Of a stretch of 56,075 bases of DNA, positions 26,152 through 37,443 are shown piece after piece. The stretch lies in assembly GCF_001194135.2 (NCBI RefSeq), contig NC_068982.1:101304686-101360760 (forward strand), in the 5' to 3' direction. Each line of letters begins with the position of its first letter. Position 1 is the first letter of the stretch. The translations under genes were made by a program, and so were the position numbers. The DNA comes from Octopus bimaculoides (Eukaryota). The notes under the pieces are model-generated. The model saw only the letters and a list, made by a program, of their open reading frames with translations, had not been told where the DNA came from and did not search any database.

Positions 26152-26400
26152 AAGGAGTGGCTGTGTGGTAAGTAGCTTGCTTACCAACCACATGGTTCCG
26201 GGTTCAGTCCCACTGCGTGGCACCTTGGGCAAGTGTCTTCTACTATAGCCTCGGGCCGACCAAAGCCTTGTGAGTGGATTTGGTAGACGGAAACTGAAAG
26301 AAGCCCGTCGTAAATATATGTATATATATATGTGTGTGTGTGTTTGTGTGTCTGTGTTTGTCCCCCCAACATCGCTTGACAACCGATGCCGGCGTGTTTA
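26152..26400 (+). mobile_element. Family A SINE, low-divergence copy truncated in its 3' half
   Basis: Nearly identical to 31625-31880; similarity stops after ggcgtgttta. Confidence 0.9.
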
Positions 26401-27519
26401 TGGTGGAAATGGTGTTATAATCTTTATTCGTTGCTTTATGTGTATAGTTGCTANNNNNNNNNNNNNNNNNNNNNNNNNNNNNNNNNNNNNNNNNNNNNNN
26501 NNNNNNNNNNNNNNNNNNNNNNNNNNNNNNNNNNNNNNNNNNNNNNNNNNNNNNNNNNNNNNNNNNNNNNNNNNNNNNNNNNNNNNNNNNNNNNNNNNNN
26601 NNNNNNNNNNNNNNNNNNNNNNNNNNNNNNNNNNNNNNNNNNNNNNNNNNNNNNNNNNNNNNNNNNNNNNNNNNNNNNNNNNNNNNNNNNNNNNNNNNNN
26701 NNNNNNNNNNNNNNNNNNNNNNNNNNNNNNNNNNNNNNNNNNNNNNNNNNNNNNNNNNNNNNNNNNNNNNNNNNNNNNNNNNNNNNNNNNNNNNNNNNNN
26801 NNNNNNNNNNNNNNNNNNNNNNNNNNNNNNNNNNNNNNNNNNNNNNNNNNNNNNNNNNNNNNNNNNNNNNNNNNNNNNNNNNNNNNNNNNNNNNNNNNNN
26901 NNNNNNNNNNNNNNNNNNNNNNNNNNNNNNNNNNNNNNNNNNNNNNNNNNNNNNNNNNNNNNNNNNNNNNNNNNNNNNNNNNNNNNNNNNNNNNNNNNNN
27001 NNNNNNNNNNNNNNNNNNNNNNNNNNNNNNNNNNNNNNNNNNNNNNNNNNNNNNNNNNNNNNNNNNNNNNNNNNNNNNNNNNNNNNNNNNNNNNNNNNNN
27101 NNNNNNNNNNNNNNNNNNNNNNNNNNNNNNNNNNNNNNNNNNNNNNNNNNNNNNNNNNNNNNNNNNNNNNNNNNNNNNNNNNNNNNNNNNNNNNNNNNNN
27201 NNNNNNNNNNNNNNNNNNNNNNNNNNNNNNNNNNNNNNNNNNNNNNNNNNNNNNNNNNNNNNNNNNNNNNNNNNNNNNNNNNNNNNNNNNNNNNNNNNNN
27301 NNNNNNNNNNNNNNNNNNNNNNNNNNNNNNNNNNNNNNNNNNNNNNNNNNNNNNNNNNNNNNNNNNNNNNNNNNNNNNNNNNNNNNNNNNNNNNNNNNNN
27401 NNGAAACTGAAAGATACCCGTCGTATATATATGTATATGTATATATATATGTGTGTGTGTGTTTGTGTGTCTGTGTTTGTCCCCCCAACATCGCTTGACA
27501 ACCGATGCCGGCGTGTTTA

Positions 27520-28060
27520 TGGTGGAAATGGTGTTATAATCTTTATTCGTTGCTTTATGTGTATAGTTGCTATGGAATTAGTGCTGGCTGCCTTCCACAT
27601 CAGGATTAGCCTAGACACCGCAAGCGTCCGTTTCCAGCTCTACCCAGCGGGGCTAAAACGAGGGAACAGTAAAAGCTTGAAGATATAGCAGTTTTCCCGT
27701 TCCGTGACGGTAAGTCCCTCAACTGGGACGCCACATGCTGTAACATCTCCTCTATCGGCAACTTGGGGCGTTCAGCTACCAGCCCAGGCTCTGCAGCTCG
27801 TCAGGCTGCGAAAAGCAAATTTTTAAAATATCGTTCGCTCACTGAAACATTTATGGTCGAGCCTGTGCCAGTGAACACCTCTTGCGTCCTCGGGCCCAGG
27901 ACCATACCCCATGCTCACTGCTATCGTGACGGAGATGGCTATCTGTAAGTGCGAGCTCTGTGATTCAGAGTAGCTGTTCCAGCGAATCTCCCTCGCCATC
28001 GTCTGGGGCAACGCCTTTTCCATTTTGTCTGCTGGGACCAAAAGGCAGTCTGAATTACAG
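27520..28060 (+). mobile_element. CRE-clade non-LTR retrotransposon, degenerate RLE C-terminus
   Basis: Frameshifted IRISLDTAS...PAGLKRGNSK / IAVFPFRDGKSLNWDATC...SPGSAARQAAKSKFLKYRSL...VEPVPVNTSCVLGP / LFQRISLAIVWGNAFSILS resembles the CRE motifs GKSLxWDATC, KxxKY and FQRISLAVxRGNA. Confidence 0.8.
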
Positions 28061-28177
28061 TAAATCGAGAGAATGTAAAAATTTTGTAGTTTACTACACG
28101 AAAAATAAATTTATACAATCCCTCTAGCATTGTGGAATTAATGGAGCCATTAAACTAAGGGCATATTCATGTATGTG

Positions 28178-28450
28178 TACGCGGTCTAATCAATAAGTAT
28201 CTGGACTGTTGCCATAGTAACGAAGCTAAAGCACGCAGGGTGAAGCCGTTTGGCAAATATTGACCTTGAACTCTGCTGTGCATGCGCACTAAGTCTTAAC
28301 GTTCTTTCTTACTTCCGCTGTTTACAGTAGTGCTCGGAAGGAAGGTGTGTAGCGTGTGATCGTCGCATTGACCATGACAGAGAGAGTTGAGCAGAGAATC
28401 TGCATCAAATTTTGCCAAAAGCTTGGCGATACCTGTTCAGAGGCCTATGA
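28178..28450 (+). mobile_element. Mariner element 5' fragment (TIR plus transposase start)
   Basis: TA-flanked TIR-like tacgcggtctaatcaataagtatctggac; ATG at 28374 gives MTERVEQRICIKFCQKLGDTCSEAY, like the mariner N-terminal QRxCIKFC motif. Confidence 0.8.
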
Positions 28451-28619
28451 GAAGGTTCCCCGAAACAAATCCTACGTCCTGATAACAAATGGATTCGTGG
28501 CACTTGTATCAAATCAATACCACCTAGTCTGAAGGACGAGAGAGCGGGACTGGCTTTGCACAAAGCAAGGCCACTATAGGAAACCTTTGCCGCCTTTTAG
28601 AAGCAGAGACGCAAAGACA

Positions 28620-28800
28620 GTTACGAACAGTTATACTTAACCAATATTTGACATACTTTGTAGCTCTGTGGATGTTGCGAACGTACTGAGTTGTCTTTCC
28701 TTCATGGCGTATCCATGAGTGGAGAGATGGTAAGTGTACTTAGGGCAAGGCACTTGCTTCTGGAAACAAGCCAAGGCGCAGCACAGGGGGTTAAGCTACT
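28620..28800 (+). repeat. Unclassified dispersed repeat (copy 2)
   Basis: Homologous to the reverse complement of 15300-15540. Confidence 0.65.
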
Positions 28801-29619
28801 TGTCTCTGCAATACATACATGCATGCCTGCATATATACATGCATGCATACATAAATACACACATGTACACACACATTACCACACATATATACTCGCATAC
28901 TACACACATACATACATACGCACATACATACACACATACATACACGCATACATACATACGCATACATAATGTATGCATAATACATGCATACATACATACA
29001 TACATACATACATACACACATCCACACATACCACACATACATACACACACACCACACATACACACATTCATACATATAGCCACATACTACACACATACAT
29101 ACATACACACATACATACATGCATGCGTACATACATACATACATACATACATAATTGTCGTGATTATCAATTTTATCGTCTTTTCCTTTTGTCTTAATGA
29201 TTTACTATATATTGTCCTTTCCTCGTGTATTACTGTCCTTAGCTTCTTCTTCTTCTTCTTCTTCTTCTTCTTCTTCTTCTTCNNNNNNNNNNNNNNNNNN
29301 NNNNNNNNNNNNNNNNNNNNNNNNNNNNNNNNNNNNNNNNNNNNNNNNNNNNNNNNNNNNNNNNNNNNNNNNNNNNNNNNNNNNNNNNNNNNNNNNNNNN
29401 NNNNNNNNNNNNNNNNNNNNNNNNNNNNNNNNNNNNNNNNNNNNNNNNNNNNNNNNNNNNNNNNNNNNNNNNNNNNNNNNNNNNNNNNNNNNNNNNNNNN
29501 NNNNNNNNNNNNNNNNNNNNNNNNNNNNNNNNNNNNNNNNNNNNNNNNNNNNNNNNNNNNNNNNNNNNNNNNNNNNNNNNNNNNNNNNNNNNNNNNNNNN
29601 NNNNNNNNNNNNNNNNNNN

Positions 29620-29677
<58 letters not shown>

Positions 29678-30182
29678 TTATGTATGTATATATATGCACG
29701 TACATACATATATGTATTTCTAAAATTATTAATAAGCAAATTAAGTAAATCCACATAAGTAATTATTCCTGTCCTTCGTCTATTGCAACTTCAACCTTAT
29801 AAGCTTTACAGGGCCCAATCATCGGAGATGAAAGCATCATCAAATATATGTGTAAATACACGATGATGTAAACAATGCCAAATTGTAATTAATTCGTTAT
29901 AATTAAGTGCATAGTAAATTAAACAGAGGTTGAAATGTCTATGTTTGCATTTATTAAAGTGCATTTGTGTCTATACGCGTATGTATGTATCTCAGATCGT
30001 GTTTTCTTTTGATACTAATTATTATTTCTCTTGCAACTAACTGGTTGCATTCATAGAGATACAACCAATACCATTCCCAGTCGGAGGAGAAATCTTAATT
30101 TATCTTGGTTATTATATTCACTCATGATGACACAAGTATAAACCATAAAGTGTCAGATTTCAGTTGAATGTTCATAAAAATC

Positions 30183-30421
30183 TACGAAGGGGTGCTGAAA
30201 AGACTTTGGTTTAAAGGGTTCTCGTGAAAGGCCTGACTGGAGGCTCAACCTTCCGAGTTCTTTTACCGGGTTTAGAAAAATTGAAGGAACGCTGGAATAA
30301 GTGGGGAATATGTTAAATAAAATGATAATTAGAGAGGAATATGTTAAATAAAATGATAACTAACTGATTCTCCTGTGTTTTCTTTTACCCGAAGCCAGGG
30401 ACTTTTCAGCATCTCTTCATA
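30183..30421 (+). mobile_element. Mariner-derived MITE (copy 1)
   Basis: TA-bounded TIRs tacgaaggggtgctgaaaag / cttttcagcatctcttcata; internal duplication of about 28 bp. Confidence 0.85.
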
Positions 30422-30430
30422 ATACATACA

Positions 30431-30458
<28 letters not shown>

Positions 30459-30461
<3 letters not shown>

Positions 30462-30679
30462 GAGAGAGTGCTGAAAAGTTCTTGGCTTTAAGGGCATCGT
30501 GAAAAGCCTGGCTGGAGGCTCAACCTTTCGAGTTCTTTTACAGGGCTTAGAAAAACTGAAGGACCACTGCAATAAGTGTGTGAAGTGGAGAAGGGAATAT
30601 GTTGAATAAAACCATAATTAACTGATCCTCTTGTATTTTCTTTTACTCAAAGTCAGGAACTTTTCAATACTTCCTCGTA
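30459..30679 (+). mobile_element. Mariner-derived MITE (copy 2)
   Basis: TIRs tatgagagagtgctgaaaagtt / aacttttcaatacttcctcgta; retains the transposase C-terminus GLEKLKDHCNKCVKWRREYVE*. Confidence 0.85.
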
Positions 30680-30743
<64 letters not shown>

Positions 30744-30834
30744 CATTTCTGTCTTAATATTTGTAGCAGATTCGTAGGTGAATACCTGATTGCTGGTGTT
30801 TTTCGTCATCGGAGAACACCTCCACCCTTTAAGC

Positions 30835-31086
30835 CAATAGTTTTCAACCGGGATCCATATGGCCCTTTGGGGTCCATATAAGATTTTGTTATTAAACTTT
30901 ATTGCACATAAATTGCTTATAATTCTACAATATGCAAAATATATTAATGTTTTTACACAGTGCCTAAAATTTAATTATACAAATACAATAGGATTTTTTC
31001 ATACATTGAATATCTATAGAGGTTCAGTAGAGTAAAATAGAAATCAAAGGGGTCCATAGATTTAAAAAAAGGGTTGAGAACTACTA
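30835..31086. mobile_element. hAT-type MITE
   Basis: TIRs caatagttttcaacc / ggttgagaactacta; TSD ctttaagc / ctttaaac (7 of 8). Confidence 0.8.
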
Positions 31087-31257
31087 CTTTAAACGATGTG
31101 TGTTTATAAAACACGCAATTATATATATATATATATATATATATCTTAAAGGAGAAGGAAAAGGGAAAATAAACCAAGGCAGAACGAGCCTCTCTGGTTA
31201 TTTAGAACATTTAATTAGAGTAAAGGCGATTCAAAAAAGAAGTAGAAGTAAGTAATG

Positions 31258-31294
31258 TCTTCCAGCTGTTTCTGGGACATTCCGTCGTCAGAGA
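31258..31294 (-). ncRNA. Degenerate hammerhead-like motif
   Basis: tct CTGACGA c-gga-atg-tcc-ca GAAA cagctg GA aga: intact CUGACGA, palindromic CAGCTG, 3-bp stem I; U16.1 replaced by G. Confidence 0.55.
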
Positions 31295-31617
31295 AAAAGT
31301 GTGTGTATGCAGGAAAGTTCCAGATAGAGATTTAACAGTAAACAGAAGAATAAAACAGTAGATAGAAGAATAAAGACAAGTTCACACTTCATCTTACTCC
31401 GCAAGGAATGGGGGTTTGTCCGTATTTCCGTGAAGGTATACCTCCTTAAGTATAATCCTATGTAAATCCAAGCCGTAGTTCGAGTGATGCATTCAGATTG
31501 AAGGAATAGATATAGCTGTCAGCGTTCGTGTAGACAGTGTAAGAAAAGTTACCAGCAGGGATATATGCATATGTATATACATATATATGTAAGTATGTAA
31601 ATATATGCATATATATA

Positions 31618-32015
31618 GGCACAAGAGTGGTTGTGTGGTAAGTAGCTTGCTTACCAACCACATGGTTCCGGGTTCAGTCCCACTGCGTGGCACATTAGGC
31701 AAGTGTCTTCCACTATAGCCTCGGGCCGACCAAAGCCTTGTGAGTGGATTTGGTAGACGGAAACTGAAAGAAGCCCGTCGTATATATGTGTATCTCTCTC
31801 TCTCTATATATATGTGTGTGTATGTTTGTGTGTCTGTGTTCGTCCCTCTAGCATTGCTTGACTACCGATGCTGGTGTGTTTACGTCCCCGTACGGCAAAA
31901 GAGACCGATAGATTAAGTACAAGGCTTACAAAGAATAAGTCCTGGGGTCGATTTGCTCGACTAAAGGCGGTTCTCCAGCATGGCCGAAGTCAGATGACTG
32001 AAACAAGTAAAAGAG
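31618..32015 (+). mobile_element. Family A SINE, most complete copy
   Basis: tRNA-like head, CORE-like segment, internal (TA)/(TC)/(TG) spacer, tail to gactgaaacaagtaaaagag. Confidence 0.9.
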
Positions 32016-33408
32016 TATATATATATATATATATATATATATGCATATATTATTCATATCATTATATGATTTCCAAGTAAGTTTATCTTAATAATTTTGA
32101 TGCAATACTCTGTACTGTTCTCTCTTCCGCTTTCGTTTCCTCTCTCTTCTTTTCTCTAATTTTTTTTATCTCCCCTTCTCCCCCTTTCGTCTTTTCTCTC
32201 CCATCCTTTCTCTAATTCTTTTCCTCTCGCCTTCACCTTTTTCTATCTGTCGCTCTCTCTTTCCCACTCTTCTTCCTTTACTCTCTCGTTGCTCACACGT
32301 GACCATCGGCCATCTTTCTTTTCCTAACTTGAACTTCTTTCTTTTCCTAACTTGAACTTCTTTCTTTCCTTTTGATCTGCCACGCAGATCACACGCATTC
32401 TTGTCTGTCTCCCCTCCTATCTTTTCTCCTGTCAAAGCTTGTTCCTCCAGCGTTCGCCACCTTACCTCGTTATGGCTTACTGTTTGTTTTCACTGTCCTG
32501 TTTTTGTTACCAACTTTGACCTTCCGCAAATCCCAAATTTTATTTTGCTTTGCGGGAGCAACTGCTACATTTTGTCGTAATTGCTCCAAATGTGAAGTAG
32601 ATAAAATAGCCGAGAACTGGTGAAGGGTCGTTCTTTATGTTACTTGTCTTGTTTTCCATTGGTTTCTTTCCTTGCTCGCTAAAAATGTTCGTATTCCATG
32701 TCTTCGTGTTTCATGCTGTTTACGTTTTATGACCTCCTGTACCCATATATGCATATGTATATACATATATATGTATGTACATATATGTATGTATATATAC
32801 ATATATATATACTATATATATATNNNNNNNNNNNNNNNNNNNNNTATATGTATATATATATATATGTATGTATGTATGTATGTACGTATGTATAAATATA
32901 CATACAGACACGCATTCGTGTGCACAAATATGCACACTCACATACACTTAGTTCAAGAACAAAGACGATCATTTTAAAATTTGGTGCTCTCTGCAACGTA
33001 AGATACAGAGTTACATAATTTATTAATAGGATCTCTATGCGAGATCTCATACGTTTCGTTGTCAGACGAAATTGTCATGGAGAGAACTTGCTGATTTGCA
33101 AAACGCAATTAGACTCCATATGCCAGAGTTCATGCAGCCTCAAGGAAAAGAGATGATATCAAAAGCAAAGACAAAAAAGACCTGTTGCCCGGTGGCTCTT
33201 TGATTTAGATCTGGAGTTTGTTTGTAAACAATAACCAGAATTTTGGCAGAGTATGTAATGACGTCAGGAATAATCTCGCCAATAAGATTTTATGTAAATA
33301 ATACCTGATGTTTTTTTAGTGATGACGTCACTACAGATCTGTCCAATTTGATTTCTTCCATTTCTTCTAGAGCCTCGAAAAGAGACCAGCTCCGAAGAAA
33401 TGATAGAC

Positions 33409-33662
33409 CAGGGTTCTCAACCTTTCGATTACTATTTCATTCTGGTGGATCTCCACAGCCATACATCTCTTTCGAAATGCCTTTTCATCCATTAACTTGT
33501 GTGGGTTGAACTATGTAAAATGTATGAGAAAGAAACTTAGCTGTTTCTTGCAAAACATAATTCTGTTGTGGTTTCCCAAAGATACTATCTTGTTGTATGG
33601 GCCCCCGACAAAATCTTATATGGACACTCAACGGCTGTATAGATCCCAGTTGGGAATCACTG
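33409..33662. mobile_element. hAT-type MITE, opposite orientation to 30835-31086
   Basis: TIRs cagggttctcaacc / gttgggaatcactg; TSD tgatagac / agatagaa (6 of 8). Confidence 0.7.
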
Positions 33663-34730
33663 AGATAGAAAGAAAGATGAAATTTCAGGAGCCGTGAGGC
33701 ATAATGTCAGTCAAATTCTTGTATTCGGCAACGTCCTCCATAGCTGCAACTGTCAAATGATGTATTGTGAAACGAAATGGCTATACTAACACTAACATTC
33801 TCTCCTCTTTCGGAGGAACACTCTATCTTTTCTGTGAATGCACACGTTCCTACTCTGAATAGAACTTTTTGACGTTACTCTGTTTCGTCCTTCTTTAGAC
33901 CGTCGTGACCTGCACACGCTTTTAATAATAAATATGCGATAAATTGAAAACGACCTCAACCATCCAACTTTTCCTTTATCCCTTTCATCACACAGTTCAA
34001 AAACCAAGGGCGGCGTTAGTAGATGCCTAATGCTTCAATTTAGATAAATTTCATACTTTTGAACATAAGTCTTTAGGAAACTAATGGTGAGAGGCTTGCG
34101 AAACGGAGAGATCCAGGAGGTATAGTGAAAAGAGAGATATCTTATATGAGAGAGGCTGTGGGTGGACTTAAAAGACAAATCAACTCAAACTTCCGGCTTC
34201 TACACCAAAACCGGAAGTTACGTAGCCATATGTAAACAAAAAACCTAGTGGATAGTATTAGGTGGGTTATATGTCTTCGAACAAGAAAAGGCGACCGAGT
34301 GAACATTATCCGACACGTTGAAGATATTTGATGAATTAGAAGCAGCATATTGCCAGCCTCATATACAAGATCGTTTTGATGGAAATAATACCAGCATCCT
34401 AAATAAACACAAGATGCAACGGTTATAAAATAGGAGTGATTTTCGAGGCAGTTGCAATGGGAAGTGGGTGTGAAGATCTTAAAGCTGTCATTTGATGTAT
34501 GTAAGAGATATCAAAAGATAAAAAGTAACGAGTAAACACAGAAATGTAAATGTTGTATACGTAAATTGTGGAAGAAAGAAAGGCCCAAACGATCGCAGGA
34601 CTAGACGATGCAACCATCGTAGAAACATAAAGAAATGGGGGAAGTGGAAGGGGGAAAATCAATAAATGCCTAGGTATAGGATCAGAAAATCTATAAAAGT
34701 AATAATACATTTAATGTCTTCTGTACATAT

Positions 34731-34769
<39 letters not shown>

Positions 34770-35222
34770 TGTGCATGTATATATNNNNNNNNNNNNNNNN
34801 NNNNNNNNNNNNNNNNNNNNNNNNNNNNNNNNNNNNNNNNNNNNNNNNNNNNNNNNNNNNNNNNNNNNNNNNNNNNNNNNNNNNNNNNNNNNNNNNNNNN
34901 NNNNNNNNNNNNNNNNNNNNNNNNNNNNNNNNNNNNNNNNNNNNNNNNNNNNNNNNNNNNNNNNNNNNNNNNNNNNNNNNNNNNNNNNNNNNNNNNNNNN
35001 NNNNNNCATACATACAAATAAACGCATTTGATTTACACGTAGATACCTTCGTGCGTGCGCATGTGTGAGCAATAAATATTTTCATCTTTGTTAAATAATT
35101 ATACGGTGTACTCTTACGTGTAAAATAGCTCTGAGCTCTTTATTCAAGTGTGTGGATGTTTCTTCTGCCTAACACTCTCACTGGTATGTATGTATGTATG
35201 TATGTATGTATGTATGTGCATG

Positions 35223-35367
<145 letters not shown>

Positions 35368-36519
35368 GTATATATAAGTATCTATTTATGTATGCATTCC
35401 TGTATGTACGTATATACCTAAGTATGAGTTTTTGCATATGATACATATAAACATTTTGAAGGATGCTCTAAATTTGAAATCTGTTTCTTTCTCGAATATT
35501 TCTCTGAGTGTTAATTTCAATTTCGTAAATTTTACGATATATGCAAATCCGTTGTACTTTTACATTCGCATATATTAGTGCAGTTTGCCTTGTGATTGAG
35601 AACAGAACACAGGCAACAGGAAAGGAACGTTACAAAAAAAAAAAAGAAGAAAGAAACGAGGGAAAGAATGGAAGGTATGAAATGTAAATAGAAAATTAAT
35701 CATATTTCCTTTATGGATAAAAACGAAGCCAAACAATTAACCTTTCGCCTATCCAAAGCATTTCCATAAGTTTGTCCTAAGTGTCCACGTTCGTTTTCAG
35801 ACTCTTAGCTAGCTCTTGTTTCATACGTTCTGTGTAATATATAACCTTCCCTTCATAAATCTCAAGTTACTCTGATGGTGGAAAACAAAATGAGAATATG
35901 TATCATATATGATGCATGGATGGACCCCAGAGAAATATGTCCTGTGTATCATATGTAATACACAGGACAAGCAAAGGTTTTTTAATGGAGCAAATTTTGA
36001 AAGACAAAGATCGATGTCGGAAAGGTAGACAACTCAGGCTGACAAACTTTCAGTGGAGTAACGAAACGGTTGTGACAAAAAGAAAAAACAAAAATATCGT
36101 TTATATTAGTTTTAAAGGCCGGGAATAGATTTAACTGTCCAAAGGACGAAGAGTGTGAAAAAAAAAAACAAGTTGTAGATGTCATAGAGTAGGTGTTTAC
36201 ACAGTCAATCCCGAAAGATAAAGTTGATATCGTTAGAGGTGAGCAGGAAGTGATGTAAAAATGTCTACACTTAGGTGAACCGTGTATAAACAGTCAGCTT
36301 TCCCCGTTAAGAGACCATCCAGTGCAAGAGACCGTGCGAAATGAATGCGATGGGATACCTTAAATTGTCAGGTCTAGTAGAATCCGGAAGTATTACTACA
36401 CTTTTTGCATTTACCAGTTGAGAAAAAGTGGAAAAATATGGAAGATTATTTCCAGAGAAAACTAACAATGGCGACAGTATAACAGAAAGGTACATACATA
36501 TACATAAGTGTATGTACAC

Positions 36520-36738
36520 ACACACACACACACGCACGCACATTGACACACATACACGCACGCACGGCACACACACGCACGGCACACACACGCACGCACG
36601 CAAACTGACACACACACACGCACACCCGGACACGCACGCACGGACACGCACGCACGGACACGCACGCACGGACACGCACGCACGGACACGCACGCACGGA
36701 CACGCACGCACACACGCACACACACACACACACACACG
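36520..36738. repeat. Compound CA-derived repeat with a 14-bp unit (cggacacgcacgca) x5
   Basis: Read directly from the sequence. Confidence 0.85.
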
Positions 36739-36931
36739 GAGTCGTTAGCACACCGGACAATGTACTTTGCAGCATTTCTTTCGGTTCTTTACGTCCCTAG
36801 TTCTGTAAAATAAAGTACCAAGAAACTACTGATTAATACAATCAACTAAAACTTTCTCTTAAATCGCTGGCCGCGCACCAAACTTTGAAGTCATTATTAT
36901 CAACTGACATATTCGAATTAGTGTCCTCTTT

Positions 36932-37140
36932 TCTCATATATAAAATAGACCTGTATGTGTTCGCTCTTCATGTGAAAACGGCTGCACGAATTAGTCCTGT
37001 ATGTGTTCGCTCTTCATGTGAAAACGGCTGCACGAATTAGTCCATACTTGGAGGTGCATGAATAATTCGACCTGGGATATAATAATATGGTCTTGATTTA
37101 TTCTTTTATTAAAAAGGTCTTTCAATGTCAACTTCCGGTA
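36932..37140 (+). mobile_element. Helitron-like 5' fragment with a perfect 46-bp tandem duplication
   Basis: Starts tctcatatataaaatag; 36951-36996 equals 36997-37042; homologous to 38915-39040, which precedes a Helitron Rep remnant. Confidence 0.6.
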
Positions 37141-37443
37141 CTGATGTAGCAACTGCAGCTAGCTAGACACACACACACACACACATGTATATACACGGTA
37201 CGCCATTATGTATACAATATGCCGTTGATGAATATTTACATTTTAACCGTTTCTATTTCATTTCAGTCACATTGTTCTTTGGGTACCTGGGGGAAATATA
37301 TCAACGTCACAGCTACCTACATATTTTTAGCTTGAAAATCTTACTCTTCACGTTCCTCAAAGAAACATTTTGTGTGTTGGAACTACGTCTTTTTTTTGTC
37401 TTTCTTCTAAGGATTTCTGTTACTATCTATCTATCTATCTATC

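Noticed and set aside
33045-33075. Minus-strand CTGACAAC-GAAACGTA hammerhead-like string
   Set aside because: No room for stem II and the core is incomplete.
33792-34007. VFELCDERDKG, an EF-hand-like peptide with an upstream TACTAAC
   Set aside because: No usable AG acceptor or polypyrimidine tract, and the similarity is only about 10 residues.
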